A DNA stretch of 64,000 nt, taken from NCBI GenBank assembly GCA_950097015.1, contig CATNEN010000034.1, positions 558,001 to 622,000 on the forward strand, written 5' to 3'. Shown piece by piece: positions 12,541 to 25,192 of this stretch (positions within the stretch are counted from its first letter, which is position 1; every line of letters starts with the position of its first letter). Below the pieces are notes generated by a model that saw nothing but the letters and a program-made list of their open reading frames with translations, searched no databases and had not been told where the DNA came from. The position numbers and the translations under genes are program-made. This DNA is from Macrostomum hystrix. Lineage: Eukaryota; Animalia; Platyhelminthes.

Positions 12541-15500
12541 ATGAATAGCTTGTTCGCTTGCGCTACTGGTTGGTATGGGTAAGTCTCAGTCCTGAATTTA
12601 TTACTAGAGAATCTAACTCAGATCCTTCAGTGATATCCTCAGATCCTTCAGTGATCTCCTCAGATCCTTCAGTGATATCCTCAGATCCTTCAGTGATATC
12701 CTCAGATCCTTCAGTGATATCCTCAGATCCTTCAGTGATATCCTCAGATCCTTCAGTGATATCCTCAGATCCTTCAGTGATATCCTCAGATCCTTCAGTG
12801 ATATCCTCAGATCCTTCAGTGATATCCTCAGTTCCTTCAGTGATATCCTCAGATCCTTCAGTGATATCCTCAGATCCTTCAGTGATATCCTCAGATCCTT
12901 CAGTGATATCCTCAGATCCTTCAGTGATATCCTCAGTTCCTTCAGTGATATCCTCAGATCCTTCAGTGATCTCCTCAGATCCTTCAGTGATATCCTCAGA
13001 TCCTTCAGTGATATCCTCAGATCCTTCAGTGATATCCTCAGATCCTTCAGTGATATCCTCAGATCCTTCAGTGATATCCTCAGATCCTTCAGTGATCTCC
13101 TTAGATCCTTCAGTGATATCCTCAGATCCTTCAGTGATATCCTCAGTTCCTTCAGTGATATCCTCAGATCCTTCAGTGATATCCTCAGATCCTTCAGTGA
13201 TATCCTCAGATCCTTCAGTGATATCCTCAGATCCTTCAGTGATATCCTCAGTTCCTTCAGTGATATCCTCAGATCCTTCAGTGATATCCTCAGATCCTTC
13301 AGTGATATCCTCAGATCCTTCAGTGATGTCCTTCAGTGATGTCCATCAGTGATGTCCTTCAGTGATGTCCATCAGTGATGTCCATCAGTGATGTCCTTCA
13401 GTGATGTCCATCAGTGATGTCCTTCAGTGATGTCCATCAGTGATGTCCATCAGTGATTTCCTTCAGTGATATCCTCATCCCCCAGACGCCGCAGCTGTGG
13501 CTCCGAGTCCAACATCGCAGCCGGCAAGCTGACTCGCCAGACGCCCTCGGCGTCAACTGCCAAGCAGGAGGGCATCGTGTGCATCTCCGGCTGGCTGGTC
13601 AAGTCGCCGCCAAGTCGCGACTCGAGTCGACTGGGCCGCCTCCCAATCAAACAGCTCAAACCGGTGAGGCCATTCTAGGCATAGACTAATCATCCCTCAG
13701 GACCTCGAGGGCACGGACTAATCATCCCTCAGGACCTTCAGGGCACGGACTACTCATCCCTCAGGACCTTCAGGGCACGGACTTCTCATCCCTCAGGACC
13801 TTCAGGGCACGGACTACTCATCCCTCAGGACCTTCAGGGCACGGACTAATCATCCCTCAGGACCTTCAGGGCACGGACTACTCATCCCTCAGGACCTTCA
13901 GGGCACGGACTACTCATCCCTCAGGACCTTCAGGGCACGGACTAATCATCCCTCAGGACCTTCAGGGCACGGACTACTCAGATCCTTCTTTCAGCTCCCT
14001 ACTCGTCCTTCACGACCTTTAGTGAATGATTTCTCTAACAGTATTTCGAGGCAGTGGACTGAATCCTCAAGTTGAATGCAATTTTCGGCCGAAATCTTTT
14101 TTTTCATTAGGTCTCTCTTGTTGAGACCTGTCCGCTCGCCTACGCAAAATTTCGAGCTCTATACTCCAGCATTATCTGCAGTTGATCTCATTTAGCCTTC
14201 CCGAAGCGAATCTCTTAAATGAAAAAAATTGTTCGCTAGAGAATAGCTAGTTACTTGAAGTACAATGGTCTTCTCTGTGTTTTCCGGAGCAAAGTTCTCG
14301 TGACTGGCTGAGTAGTGTGCTTAGAGTTGCTTTATTGGCCTCTCATATCGCAGTTCTTTCAGCATTTTTTACGTACCCTGTATGCTCAAAATACCGCTCG
14401 ATTAAGAAAAGGACACTCACAGAACAGAAAATTTAGCTTTCTGGATATCATTAGCCAAATCATTCATCCTCTGGGTGGATTTGTGCAACAGTCTGGTATA
14501 ACGACAATGCTGAGTAACATTTTTGGACACACTCGTCTCAGGGCTTAAAGGTTAACTAGAAAACTATGAAATTGTATCTAAAAATGGATTGCTAGATGGA
14601 GCTAGAAAGATTTACTAATTACTTGCTAGATGGAGCTAGAAAGATTTACTAATTACTTGCTAGATGGAGCTAGAAAGATTTACTAATTACTTGCTAGATG
14701 GAGCTAGAAAGATCTACCAATTACTTGCTAGATGGAGCTAGAAAAATCTACCAATTACTAGCTAGATGGAGCTAGAAAGATTTACTAATTACTTGCTAGA
14801 TGGAGCTAGAAAGATTTACTAATTACTTGCTAGATGGAGCTAGAAAGATTTACTAATTACTTGCTAGATGGAGCTAGAAAGATTTACTAATTACTTGCTA
14901 GATGGAGCTAGAAAGATCTACCAATTACTTTCTAGATGGAGCTAGAAAGATCTACCAATTACTTGCTAGATGGAGCTAGAAAGATCTACCAATTACTTGC
15001 TAGATGGAGCTAGAAAGATCTACCAATTACTTGCTAGATGGAGCTAGAAAAATCTACCAATTACTTTCTAGATGGAGCTAGAAAGATCTACCAATTACTT
15101 TCTAGATGGAGCTAGAAAGATATACCAATTACTTGCTAGATGAAGCTGGAGAGATCTACCAATTACTTGCTAGATGGAGCTAGAAAGATCTACCAATTAC
15201 TTGCTAGATGGAGCTGGAGAGATCTACCAATTACTTGCTAGATGGAGCCGAATAGATTTAGAAATGGACTTGCTAGTTTGTAGAGATCCCTAACAGAACA
15301 GACAGTGAGATTGAATGAGTCTAGTACAGATCTTATCGGTTCATACTGCAGCTGTAGAAAGCGGCTGCGGCTTCACCGGACGCAGCGGTTATGCAGTCCG
15401 CTGGTGCACAGATTCGCAATAAGATATACTTAATGGCTCTGTGCCAATTTATGCCAATTGCGAAATGGTGCATCAATCTGTGTGTTCAGCGTCCCCCGAA

Positions 15501-16815
15501 CAATGATTTATTTTTATCCACTGCCAGCACTGGCGCAAGCGTTACTTCGTGCTGACCAAAATCCAAGCGGATCGCTACCAGCTCTGTTACTATGGCGACG
15601 AGGCGCGCTGTGACCTGCGCGGCAGCATCGCACCGGAGTCCGTCAGCCAGCTGGCCACGATGGTGCCGCCGCCGATCCGTCTCGCCGCCACGCTGGGCCG
15701 CCAGCACAGGGCCGGGGTGCAGCAGCAGCGGCCCTTCTTCAGCCTGGCCTATCAGGACAGGGGCGAGCAGCGCATCCTGTACCTGCTGGCTGACAGCCAG
15801 GTGAGAGTCTAGCCATATCTTATTGTACATTTGAGCCCAAACCCTACTCCAATGTAGATATCCCAACCGCTAATGCTCCACAAACCCTACCCCAATGTAC
15901 ATACCCCAACCTCTAATGCTCCACAAGCCCTACCCCCAATGTACATACCCCAACATCTAATGCTCAACAAACCCTACTCGAGACCTACTTAAACCTCCCA
16001 ATGCTACATGACTGAAGGCTCTCCTAAATCCCTCGACAAGCAGCAAAAAAGGTCTTCCAAAACCGCCAATCGCAGGAGCAGATGCTCGCTTGGGCGGAGC
16101 AGCTAAGCGTCGCCTGCCGCTGCCGGAATCCGAACTCCGGAACTCAAGCGGCTTCGGCGACTCGAACCCGACGTCAAACTACGCCGCCCTCTCCGTCGCC
16201 GCCGCCGCCTCCTCTGTCGCTTTCTCCGTCGCCATCGCCAACGCCATCGCCTTTGCCCGTGGCTTCGGTTGATCAAGTGGACGGCAGTCGGGTCGATGAC
16301 AAGCCAACAACAACAGCAGCAGCAGCAGCTGCGGCAAGCGGAACGCACGAGTACGAAAATGTGTTCTCAGTAGGGCACAGAATCGGCAACTTCGGCGTTA
16401 GCCTGACAGCCGTGGGCGCGCAGCCACCTCCAACAAGGTAGACCGGCACATTATTTCTTAACAGGCCCGCTCAGCCTCACACTTTTACCATTCGAAATCT
16501 CACAGTCGAGATATATTTCTCTTCTTTTCTAGCTCTCTATTGTCTTCTACACCTCACAGATCGCTTTCTGCGGCTCAGAGCCAGCAGCAGCAGCAGCAGC
16601 TGAGGCTTCACTACGCAGTCCTTGATACACAGACTTCGTCAGGTCAGCTGAGGGTGGACTGCGGCAACGTCTGTCAGCCGTTGAGTCGTGGCAGCAGCAG
16701 CTTAAGCCGCAAAATCAGCAGCGGCGTCATCGAGTACACTGAGGTGGACGAGATGCGAACCAACGCCCTTGCTGAGCTGGGACGCAGCGCAGGTCGAGTG
16801 GCCGCCAAGCGTTGA
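12541..16815 (+). CDS. GAB/DOS(SOC-1)-like PH-domain docking protein; exons 12541-12578 (tentative), 13486-13663, 15528-15800, 16076-16437, 16533-16815 (~377 aa)
   Basis: PH domain with the GAB-type start [10 protein letters not shown]...HWRKRYFVL...LCYY...[14 protein letters not shown]. It also has a Pro-rich segment, YENV (Grb2-type YxN) and C-terminal LHYAVLD / IEYTEVD...RTNAL (SHP2-type pair). Splice phases are consistent. Confidence 0.8.
12617..13478. repeat. Intronic 21-bp minisatellite (tcagatccttcagtgatatcc) that switches to a 14-bp variant (tcagtgatgtccwt) near 13330
   Basis: Direct reading; source of the SDPSVIS ORF. Confidence 0.95.
13683..13985. repeat. Intronic 32-bp tandem repeat (actactcatccctcaggaccttcagggcacgg)
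   Basis: Direct reading, ~9 copies. Confidence 0.92.
14590..15250. repeat. Intronic 34-bp tandem repeat (ttgctagatggagctagaaagatytacyaattac)
   Basis: Direct reading, ~19 copies. Confidence 0.93.
15838..15985. repeat. Short degenerate ~44-bp repeat (aaaccctaccccaatgtacataccccaacctctaatgctc), ~3 copies
   Basis: Direct reading. Confidence 0.7.
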
Positions 16816-18623
16816 GGCTGTTGTGTCATTTATTCATAAAAGATGCAGAATATTCTGAAATACGATCTAGAATATTGAAGTCTGAAGTCCCGATAAGAAA
16901 TTCCTGTCCACGGTATTCAAATGTTTACGTGTTTTGCTGTCTGTCTCAATTTTTTTCATTACTTACTGTAATGCTAATGCGGGCACTATTGTACACGTAT
17001 CTATGAAGATTATATTATCCCTAAATAAGAATTCATTTATTCCCTGATGTAATCAGTTTTGTTCCTACCGTCCTTCGTGGAACAATTTTCATTATATTTG
17101 AAAATACATTGCATTTTTTTCTGCTGCATTCGTGCCTAGTTGTGAAAGCACATTCAGTAGTATGCGAAGAAATTAATAGAATGCAGTATATGTTTTAGCA
17201 ATATGATTTTACTATTAAATATTAATAAATAAGTTCAAATTTGCCAACCATATAAAACACATCGAGATTTTCGAATAAGACGCTTAATTGAATCTTCATC
17301 GAATTGATAAACTGAAGATATTCTAATCTGACTGTATTATTTACTTTAACTAATTTTTATGTTTAAATTAAAGCACAGATTAATCACAATAAGTTGTACT
17401 TGGACTTAAACAAAATTAAACGACTATCTGGTCTGGTAAAATTGCGAAAGTGACGATTTAAATATAAACAGGGGCAGCTCAGTTTGTAAGCATTCTTTGT
17501 ATCCGTTCTTACGAGTACAACCACTATTATTTGTTATTAGAGGTACTTACCTGATCTGGTCGGCATTTAGGGAGGAATGCATTATAAATTATTAGTAGCT
17601 TTGCGATAAAATCTATAACTTTCAGATACATATTTAAAATTAGTAACTACATTAAAAAGCATTGTGTACCGCACTGCCATAAAATTTAACTGAAAGAAGA
17701 AAAATAGCGCGCTTTCGGCATAAAAAAAGTACCAAGAGGGCATATTATAAACAAAAATGCTGCGATATCAGACGTATATTGAATCTCCTGTAAAAAATGC
17801 TTAATTTATGATAGCAGAGAACTTAATATGTTGATTGAAAGCTTTAATTTAGAATTTAAAAGCTCGATACGAATCTCTAGAGTCCTTAATTTAGTTTGAA
17901 TTTAATTTGCAACTTTTAGTTAGATTAAAACCATAAGTAGTCGTTGTCGAAGTACAAAGTTCTTGATATGTCAGTTTAAAGAAGTTTCTGCATTTATTGT
18001 CATTATGAAATTAAAGTTATTCATTTCAAGTTTTTTATTTTATAATTGTATATATAATGCATAGTTCTATAAATAATAACTATGGAATGTATATATTATA
18101 TACAATGTTCTATACATAACAAACAATATTATAATAGCAAGACTGAGGATATTATGTAGATTGTGATTTTCGATTTTTGGACCCATAAAAATTCATTTGG
18201 TAGTATATAGTTTTCAAATGTATAAATATACAGGCTAGTGAGCTTTAAAACTTAATAGCCTTTGTTTAGCATCTATTTTATTTTTTGGGGAATTTGAATT
18301 ATAGATTTTCACACAAAAAGGTTCAGATGTAGCTATGCTGTACTTAAATGCTTTTCTAATTTGTATAGCTGAGAGATAACATTCCATTCTAAGAAATTAA
18401 AGAAATATTGACAATTGTGTATAAAAGATGTACACAACAAAAAATAAATAAATTGTTCTGATAAAAAAATATCTTTTTATTTGAGTTTCTTTGCATCTGC
18501 ACTTAATTAAGGAAATGAAAAGCATTTGAAATAGTGTAGGCCCTAGTTCAATGTCAATTCTTAATTATATTGTGATTCTGTTACAACTAATACAGAAATT
18601 TAAATACAATGGCTTGATTCCAG

Positions 18624-21333
18624 ATGAGATATGCCAACCACAATCGAGGAGAAGTCAGAGCGCACAAACACACCGGCGGCTTCTGCAATCAGAGCCGAGG
18701 TAAACTCGCCACGAATGGAGGAACTGGAGAGAAAGCTGGTTGGCGTACGCCAGTGTGAGTTCTGTTCAATTTTTTAATTGAAGGACTTTATATCGAACAG
18801 GCAAACTAATTGATATTCCCATGTCTCGCATGCCGCAGACACACCAAACACGGAGATCAGCACGCCTCGCTGGAATCCAGACCTCAGTATCTACTGTCAC
18901 GCCTGCAGGCAGCTGGTCAGCGTTCGCGAGATTGTGCCTCACAAGCGCTACCACCGTGAGATTCGCCACTTCGGCATGGCCAGTAAGTGCGGCACGTTGA
19001 AGCTCCCAGCTAGTGCCAAAATTTGTCAGTTATCCCATTCTGTCGAATAATCCCGATCCTTCGGGATTCCTATCCCATCTATCTCATCATCAGATTAAAT
19101 TAAGTATTTAATCAGGTTTATCACAAATAAATCCGCTCAGCATGACCAGACGACTCAGTTATGCGACCAAGGTCCCGAGCTCGAATCCACCGCGAAGCCG
19201 CATTTATTTGGGGCAAAGTCGCAGAGAGAAGGCTGGGAGGGGGTGACTAGTTGTGAAATTTACGCCCCATCCGGGTCCTCTACGAATATTATTTGACTTT
19301 TTAAACCCACTCAATCATCGCTGCTCTCGCAGGCATCGTTGACCCGACACCGGATCAGCTGACGGCCGCCCGCCGGCACAAGGTGCTGCAGCTCCAGGAG
19401 CGAGTCGGCGGCAGCGCCTCGGTGCGGGCCATCGATCTGGAGCGGATCAACCAGCGCTACGCCTTCCTAAGGGCCTACCTGTTCGAAGAGAACCGCGGCC
19501 GCATGGTGCTGGCCTCCAGACCAGCCGAGCAGATTCCGGCGCACGATGTCGAAAGTGAGATGCGGGATTCATTTTGGGCACACATATTCGTTATATCCTA
19601 CTGATGAGTAGAATTGTAATTTTTTTAATTCCACTGTAACTTTCGCATTCCCAATCCCAAGGCCGCGGCCTACGCTGCTCGGTGCCCTTCGTTCTGGGCG
19701 CCGGCGCGGCCAGCTATCACAATCCCAGATTCGCCAAACGGCCGCGCGCCCTCGCCACCTACCAGGACTGGCTTGGCGGCGACCCGGCCAAGTGCTTTGT
19801 AGGCCTCTACGCCGGTCGCTACGGCGAGACGGCGGCCCACCTGGCCTCCGAGGAGCTGCACCATTTCCTGCTGTGCGAGCTGGCACGCTTTGATCCCAGG
19901 ACGCGATGCACCTGTGCCTTCAACATGACGGCCGGCGAGGCGGCAAAACTCGACTCGGCCGAGATTCATCGGCCGTCGACTGGAGGCACCTCGGCCAAGC
20001 AGCGGGAGCGGCTGCACTGGACCAGCGCCAACCTGGTGCACAGCGTCCTGCGAACCTGCGCCGAACGGCTGGACGAATTCGCGCTGGCCTATGCGCGCAG
20101 CAAAACACCGGACCTGCGCTGGTACGACGACGGCGAAGGCGAAGTCGGCGATGATGCCAACGTCGACGGCTGGGCGGAAAAAGTGTCGTCTGCGTTCGCC
20201 AAGGCGCTGGAGTACACTGACGGCCTGCTGAAGCGGGGCCAGGCCGAGTACTCGGCAGTCCGCTGGAGCGGCGCCTCGATTGGCGCTGTTCTGGTCAGGG
20301 CGGCCGACTGCGCCGAAGGCAAGGGCGAGGGCGAGGGCAAGAAAAATCGTGAGTGCTTGCCTGTGATTGGATTTCTTTCACATTAGCCGGGAATGTATAA
20401 GTCCATCAAGGAATGAATGTGTGCTAGCCCTCGAACGAACCGCATCTGTCACCAGGTCGACGTCACTTGGGTTGGCTGCACGCGGCGGCCTGTGGGGATA
20501 TCCAGCTGATTCTGGTGCGCAACAACCAGCCCCACGGCCTGGCCAACTCGTCGGCGAATAGCGGCATCGGTTTCCATGGCGACCCGGAACTGAAACGACG
20601 CATTAGCTGTCGACCAGATTGTCGCTGTGTGCCAATCGACGCCGAGTGTCAAGCGGTTGTCTTGGTTACAGCCGGGGTTACTGACATGCTGAATCCGTCA
20701 GAAATCTGCCAGCTGGTTGCCACTCATCTGCCGGTGAACCGGGTCAAGGTGAACAGCAGCCTGGATGACAGCGAGCGGCGGAGACTCTGCGGCACTGACA
20801 CTCGGGTATGAAATCGGCTTGGGGTCAACCTAAGACCAACCTGGGATTGGCTTGGGATCAGGTTGGGATCAACCCGGGATTAAGGTCAGAATCAGCATGG
20901 GATTAATACGAAAAGATCTCGAAAAACCGTAAAAAATATCATTTAGGCCTCATCATGGAGCCGCTCTTCAACGCCATCTACCACGTCGTCCTTTGAAGCT
21001 GCGGCGGCCGACGCAGCGAGCTCCAAGTCGTCGCCAACGGCACTCGGTGGTGCAGGTCTCGCTAGTCGCAAGGAAGAAATCGCCGACGACAGAAGCAGCG
21101 GTGCCGCCACGGCTACTACGGACTGGGAACTGGGCGATGGAGACAACGATCACGAGGTTGCGGACGGTGGCGAAGCCGAAGTTGAATGCTTGGAGGTCAG
21201 TCTAGCCGAGGAGGTGGCGAGGCGAGTGACTCAGGCCGCGCTGCTGGCAGGCAGTCAGGAGGATCTGGCCACGGCTGTGCTGCTGCTGCCTGCCGCCTTT
21301 CAGCCCGAATGGCGGCCACCGGGACCTTCTTGA
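18624..21333 (+). CDS. PP2D1: PP2D1-like protein (N-terminal C2H2-like motif plus PP2C/PPM fold), probable pseudophosphatase; exons ~18624-18754 (5' end uncertain), 18839-18982, 19333-19554, 19662-20348, 20456-20805, 20947-21333
   Basis: IYCHACRQLVSVREIVPHKRYH motif, then GGDPAKCFVGLYAGRYGETAAHLASEELH, LHAAACGDIQLILVRN, AVVLVTAGVTDML and AALLAGSQEDLATAVLLL, which are the PP2C motifs in order. Intron phases are consistent. Confidence 0.8.
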
Positions 21334-21839
21334 TTGGCCTCTGAGGCAAATGCACTTCATGCCTCAGAGACTGAAAAAGCAAACAGATTTTCTAGCTTTA
21401 TAGTTTACTTTTTGCTTGCCTAAAATCAATCAGCTAGCCCCATCTCTGATCCAGAATTTGCAGTCTAAAATTCTTACCCTTAAATTGCTCGTGTAAGCGT
21501 GCAAACGATACGTACTCGTAGATTTTTTCTGTATGTTCACTTTGACTGCAACTTTCAGTTTGAACCTTTACATAGATGGAATAAAGAACACGTTCGTAGC
21601 CGCCAATCGGAATCGATTGATGATAGAATTGAAAACTAATTGTCTACTTGCCGCGATAGTTCGACGTTAGTAAACTCTCTTTAGAATGCATTATACAGAT
21701 GCATGATTTATAAGATGCTATTATACTCGTATCACTAAGACAGCCATAGACAATCGTTTCAGCCATTGAATCCAACCAGTCTGATTTGAGGTAGGAATTT
21801 ATGGGGTTCGCTGGCTGTTAAAGTGAATAAAATTTCAGA

Positions 21840-22996
21840 ATGGCTGAAATGCATCCGAAACTCAACCTAAACTACTTTCCGAACGAGCTTGTTAGCGGAT
21901 TAACAACAGAGGAGTTGACTAGTCAAGCTGAATTGTACGCAATGAACTATCTCGTGGAGAAAGTGATGTATGAGGACACTGACTGTCCAACGCTGGATGA
22001 GCTGTTCACTCTGCTGCTTTCAACAGAAGATACCATGAAGGAACTAGAAGCTATTGTTGGCCAGCAGTACGACGCAACGAAAGTTCAATCCACTGAGAAG
22101 CAAGAAGTTGCGGCTGTTCGTAAACTGAAGGCTTTTTTGACAGCCCATTCGTTTAATTGCGACATCGACAACTGTGATATTGCATATCTGGCTGAAAAAA
22201 CTAAAGTACTTTTACGCGACGCTACGTTAGGACGACAAGTCCTTCTATGCACCGACTACGCTTATCTGCTGGAGAGCTGGGCTCTTCCGGTATTTTCTGC
22301 GTGTTCCCCAGTTGAGCATCAACGAAAACGTCGCATTTGCGCAGGCAAATTTGGCACTGAAGGCTGTTGGCCGTCTGTTCCTTAAAGCCGGTGGGAGGAT
22401 CCAACATTCATTGTCGGTGCAATGATGAAGGCAATATCGACATCGGCTGGATTGTCCAAGGAGTACACATCGCATTGCATTCGACCGACTGTCATCTCTG
22501 ATCTTCACGAAGCTGGTTTTCGGTTGGAACAAATTTGCAAGATCACGGGTCACAAGGAGACCAAGACTGTTCAAAGGTTAGTACAAGTGAGATAGGTTTG
22601 TTAAACAGTAAATTTAATTTAGGCTACAATCTCAATGTACTATACATTATACTACACAGGTACCTGACGCATGGAAAGCGCAAGGCCACGGAGATGGCCA
22701 GCATGTCGGACGCTCTGACAGCTAGTCTCTACGGATCAAACGGCGGGGCCACTGAGGCTGCAAGGCCTGCAACACCCACAACGCCTGACCAATCTACCAG
22801 CGCTGTCCAGGAGCCGGGCCAACAGCGGGTCAAAACGAATGTCCGTAAATATGTCACCAAGTCGGCGATCGTGTCGGCCAGTGGGCATTCGATGCAGCAG
22901 ATTGAAGTGGAGTCCGCCAACGAAGGCAAGGGCGCTGCATTCACACTCAACTTCAATGGAAAAATTGACAACTGCGTGTTCAACTTCAAGCCTTAA
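21840..22996 (+). mobile_element. Crypton-like (tyrosine recombinase / DUF3504) transposon remnant, frameshifted and internally deleted, with an intron at 22577-22659
   Basis: After a frameshift near 22200 the frame reads LKYFYATLR*DDKSFYAPTTLICWRAGLFRY...FAQANLALKAVG. A further shift gives MMKAISTSAGLSKEYTSHCIRPTVISDLHEAGFRLEQICKITGHKETKTVQR|Y, which is the YR catalytic HxxR...GH...Y, followed by a C-terminal IDNCVFNF. Confidence 0.8.
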
Positions 22997-25192
22997 GGCG
23001 TTATAATGAGTTGCAGTCATTTGAGCCAGCGTGCGGGAATGAAGGCAGTCGTGCAGGAATGAAATTTTGGCGCAGCTTGGATTATAACTTCAACTGTCGA
23101 ATAAATCGATCTTTCATCCAGTCTCTCCGAAGTGTCTGGCAAAACCAGCCACCGGCAGATATCGTTGGTTTCACTATAGTTTGCTCTGGCGTCCATAATA
23201 CATGGACGAAGGAAATTCCTTCAGCCACGACATAATACCGCTATTGTCATATTCTCAGGGCACGGCCGCTTCTCCCGTCATCGCTTCCTCCATGGCCAGA
23301 TACCAGGGGAGGAAACAGTGCCCTTTTTGCCAGTCCGCAAAACTGACACAAAGAATAGGCTTAAGAATAGGCAAAACAATCATAAAACAACAAATTTTTT
23401 TTCAGAAAAAAGAATTTTGGTATTGAAAAAGGACTTTTTAGAAAATAGTTTATTATTAAAAATTGAAAATTTTGAGAATTAAAAAAGCAAATTTTAAGCG
23501 ATTTTATCAGACAAAAAGATGTTATAACGTATCCAGCGATGCTGATAATTGCATGGATAGAAAAAATTCGTAACTTCGAGCCGCTGGTGGTAATTGTTTG
23601 TAAACCGAGTTAAATGCATAGCTATAACTGACAGAAGACAAGTACATGCCCGCAGGTTTGGCGCGGCTAAGGCCATACATACGCGTATTTAGTATTTAAG
23701 TCAGTTGCCCAGCATGTTTGTGAATCAATCAAAGCCAACAAACCGCCAACACTGTCCGAAAAGGACAAAAAGCACAAGCTATCGGTCGGGCATGGATAAC
23801 ATACAGTACTAACATTACAAAGTCTACGGTATATCGGAGTCCTTCCATGGCTAATGGAGCAGCTTGATTTAGCCAAGAATTGAAAATTCGGAAGTTGATC
23901 ACAGATCTAGTCATAATGCGGCATTAGGTGGTGCTTGCCACTGTGCTACATGGGATGACTCCAATAAAATCCCACGGGGAATGACTTACTGTTAACAAGA
24001 GAAAAGCATGCAATAGCGGTTGCTTGAAACACCGAGCAGGCTCAGCATCCTATTAAAGTATTGCATTAAATACAAGAGTTATGATAGGTATAAACTGGTC
24101 AAGCAATATCTACTTTTATAGTTGCTGCAGAACACGGTGTACAGAAATAAATAGCTACGTTAACAGGAGCATCATTGAGAATAACAAGTGTAATGTCTGG
24201 CACACTAAGATTCTTTTCCATGCTGCATACAGGTAGTAGAGTATGGTTAGACTGTTCAGAAAATTCGAAATACCTCTGAATAGGAGTTGAAAGCCTAGAC
24301 TTTCAAACCTTTGAATGTTGAAAATATTCACTTTGAATATCCAAAACAGTCATGGATAACAAAGCACACAATACGGACAGGAGTGAGTATGAAATGTAAG
24401 GAACACAATGCAAAATTCGTGACGTGGCAATTGGCAAACCACAAGACGCAAGCTACGGTAACAAATGGACACTTCTGATGGTCAAATGGTCGCTAAATAT
24501 TAGTTGTATTGCACCGGAGACATTTTGACGAAGCGCACTGGTGCAGGAGAATGGGACAGTAACAAAACAAAGGACAGTACATAATCGATACACTATTTCA
24601 CTAATATTGGATGGGCGGGAAACAAACTGACAAGTCATCAATAATTATTAGCACACGAATTGGTGGACAATTTAGAGTTAGCATAGAAAGAGAAAACAAA
24701 GGGAAGATGCGGATTTTACAAATAATATGAAGGGATTGCGTTTTGTACAGAGTGGCAGTCACTTCAGGCTTAGCTCTATTGAAAGCACGTAACATATACA
24801 AGAGGGATCTGGGGCGCAACGCAGCGCATTGGAAAGTAGCAATAGATTGGGAGGATAGAAGCAACAGGTACAGCGTGACAAACATTGCAAAGCGCGTCAC
24901 TGAAAGACTGCAGCCAACCGTAGATAAGTTACAAATAGTATTACTAGAGTTGAAAATCAGAGAATTAATTATGCGAATACGTTAAATAGCAACAAAATAA
25001 CCGTCTAGGAACAACTGCATCACATGTGTCCACTGCAGCAAGAACTAACAATAGTGCTTATAGAAGTAACTTTGTGCATGTCGACTTGCTTTAATTTCAA
25101 AAACCTAATGGACACTAGTAAAGCAACTACTCTTTGACGGGAAAACTACTGAGAAACACAGAGCAGTTATTTACACGCAATTTGCGATTTCG

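Noticed and set aside
17543-17555. U1 snRNA 5' end (tacttacctg)
   Set aside because: The downstream sequence does not follow U1; it is simply a consensus 5' splice site on the minus strand.
20570-20583. X-box-like gtttccatggcgac
   Set aside because: Lies within a PP2D1 coding exon (GFHGD) and is explained by codons.
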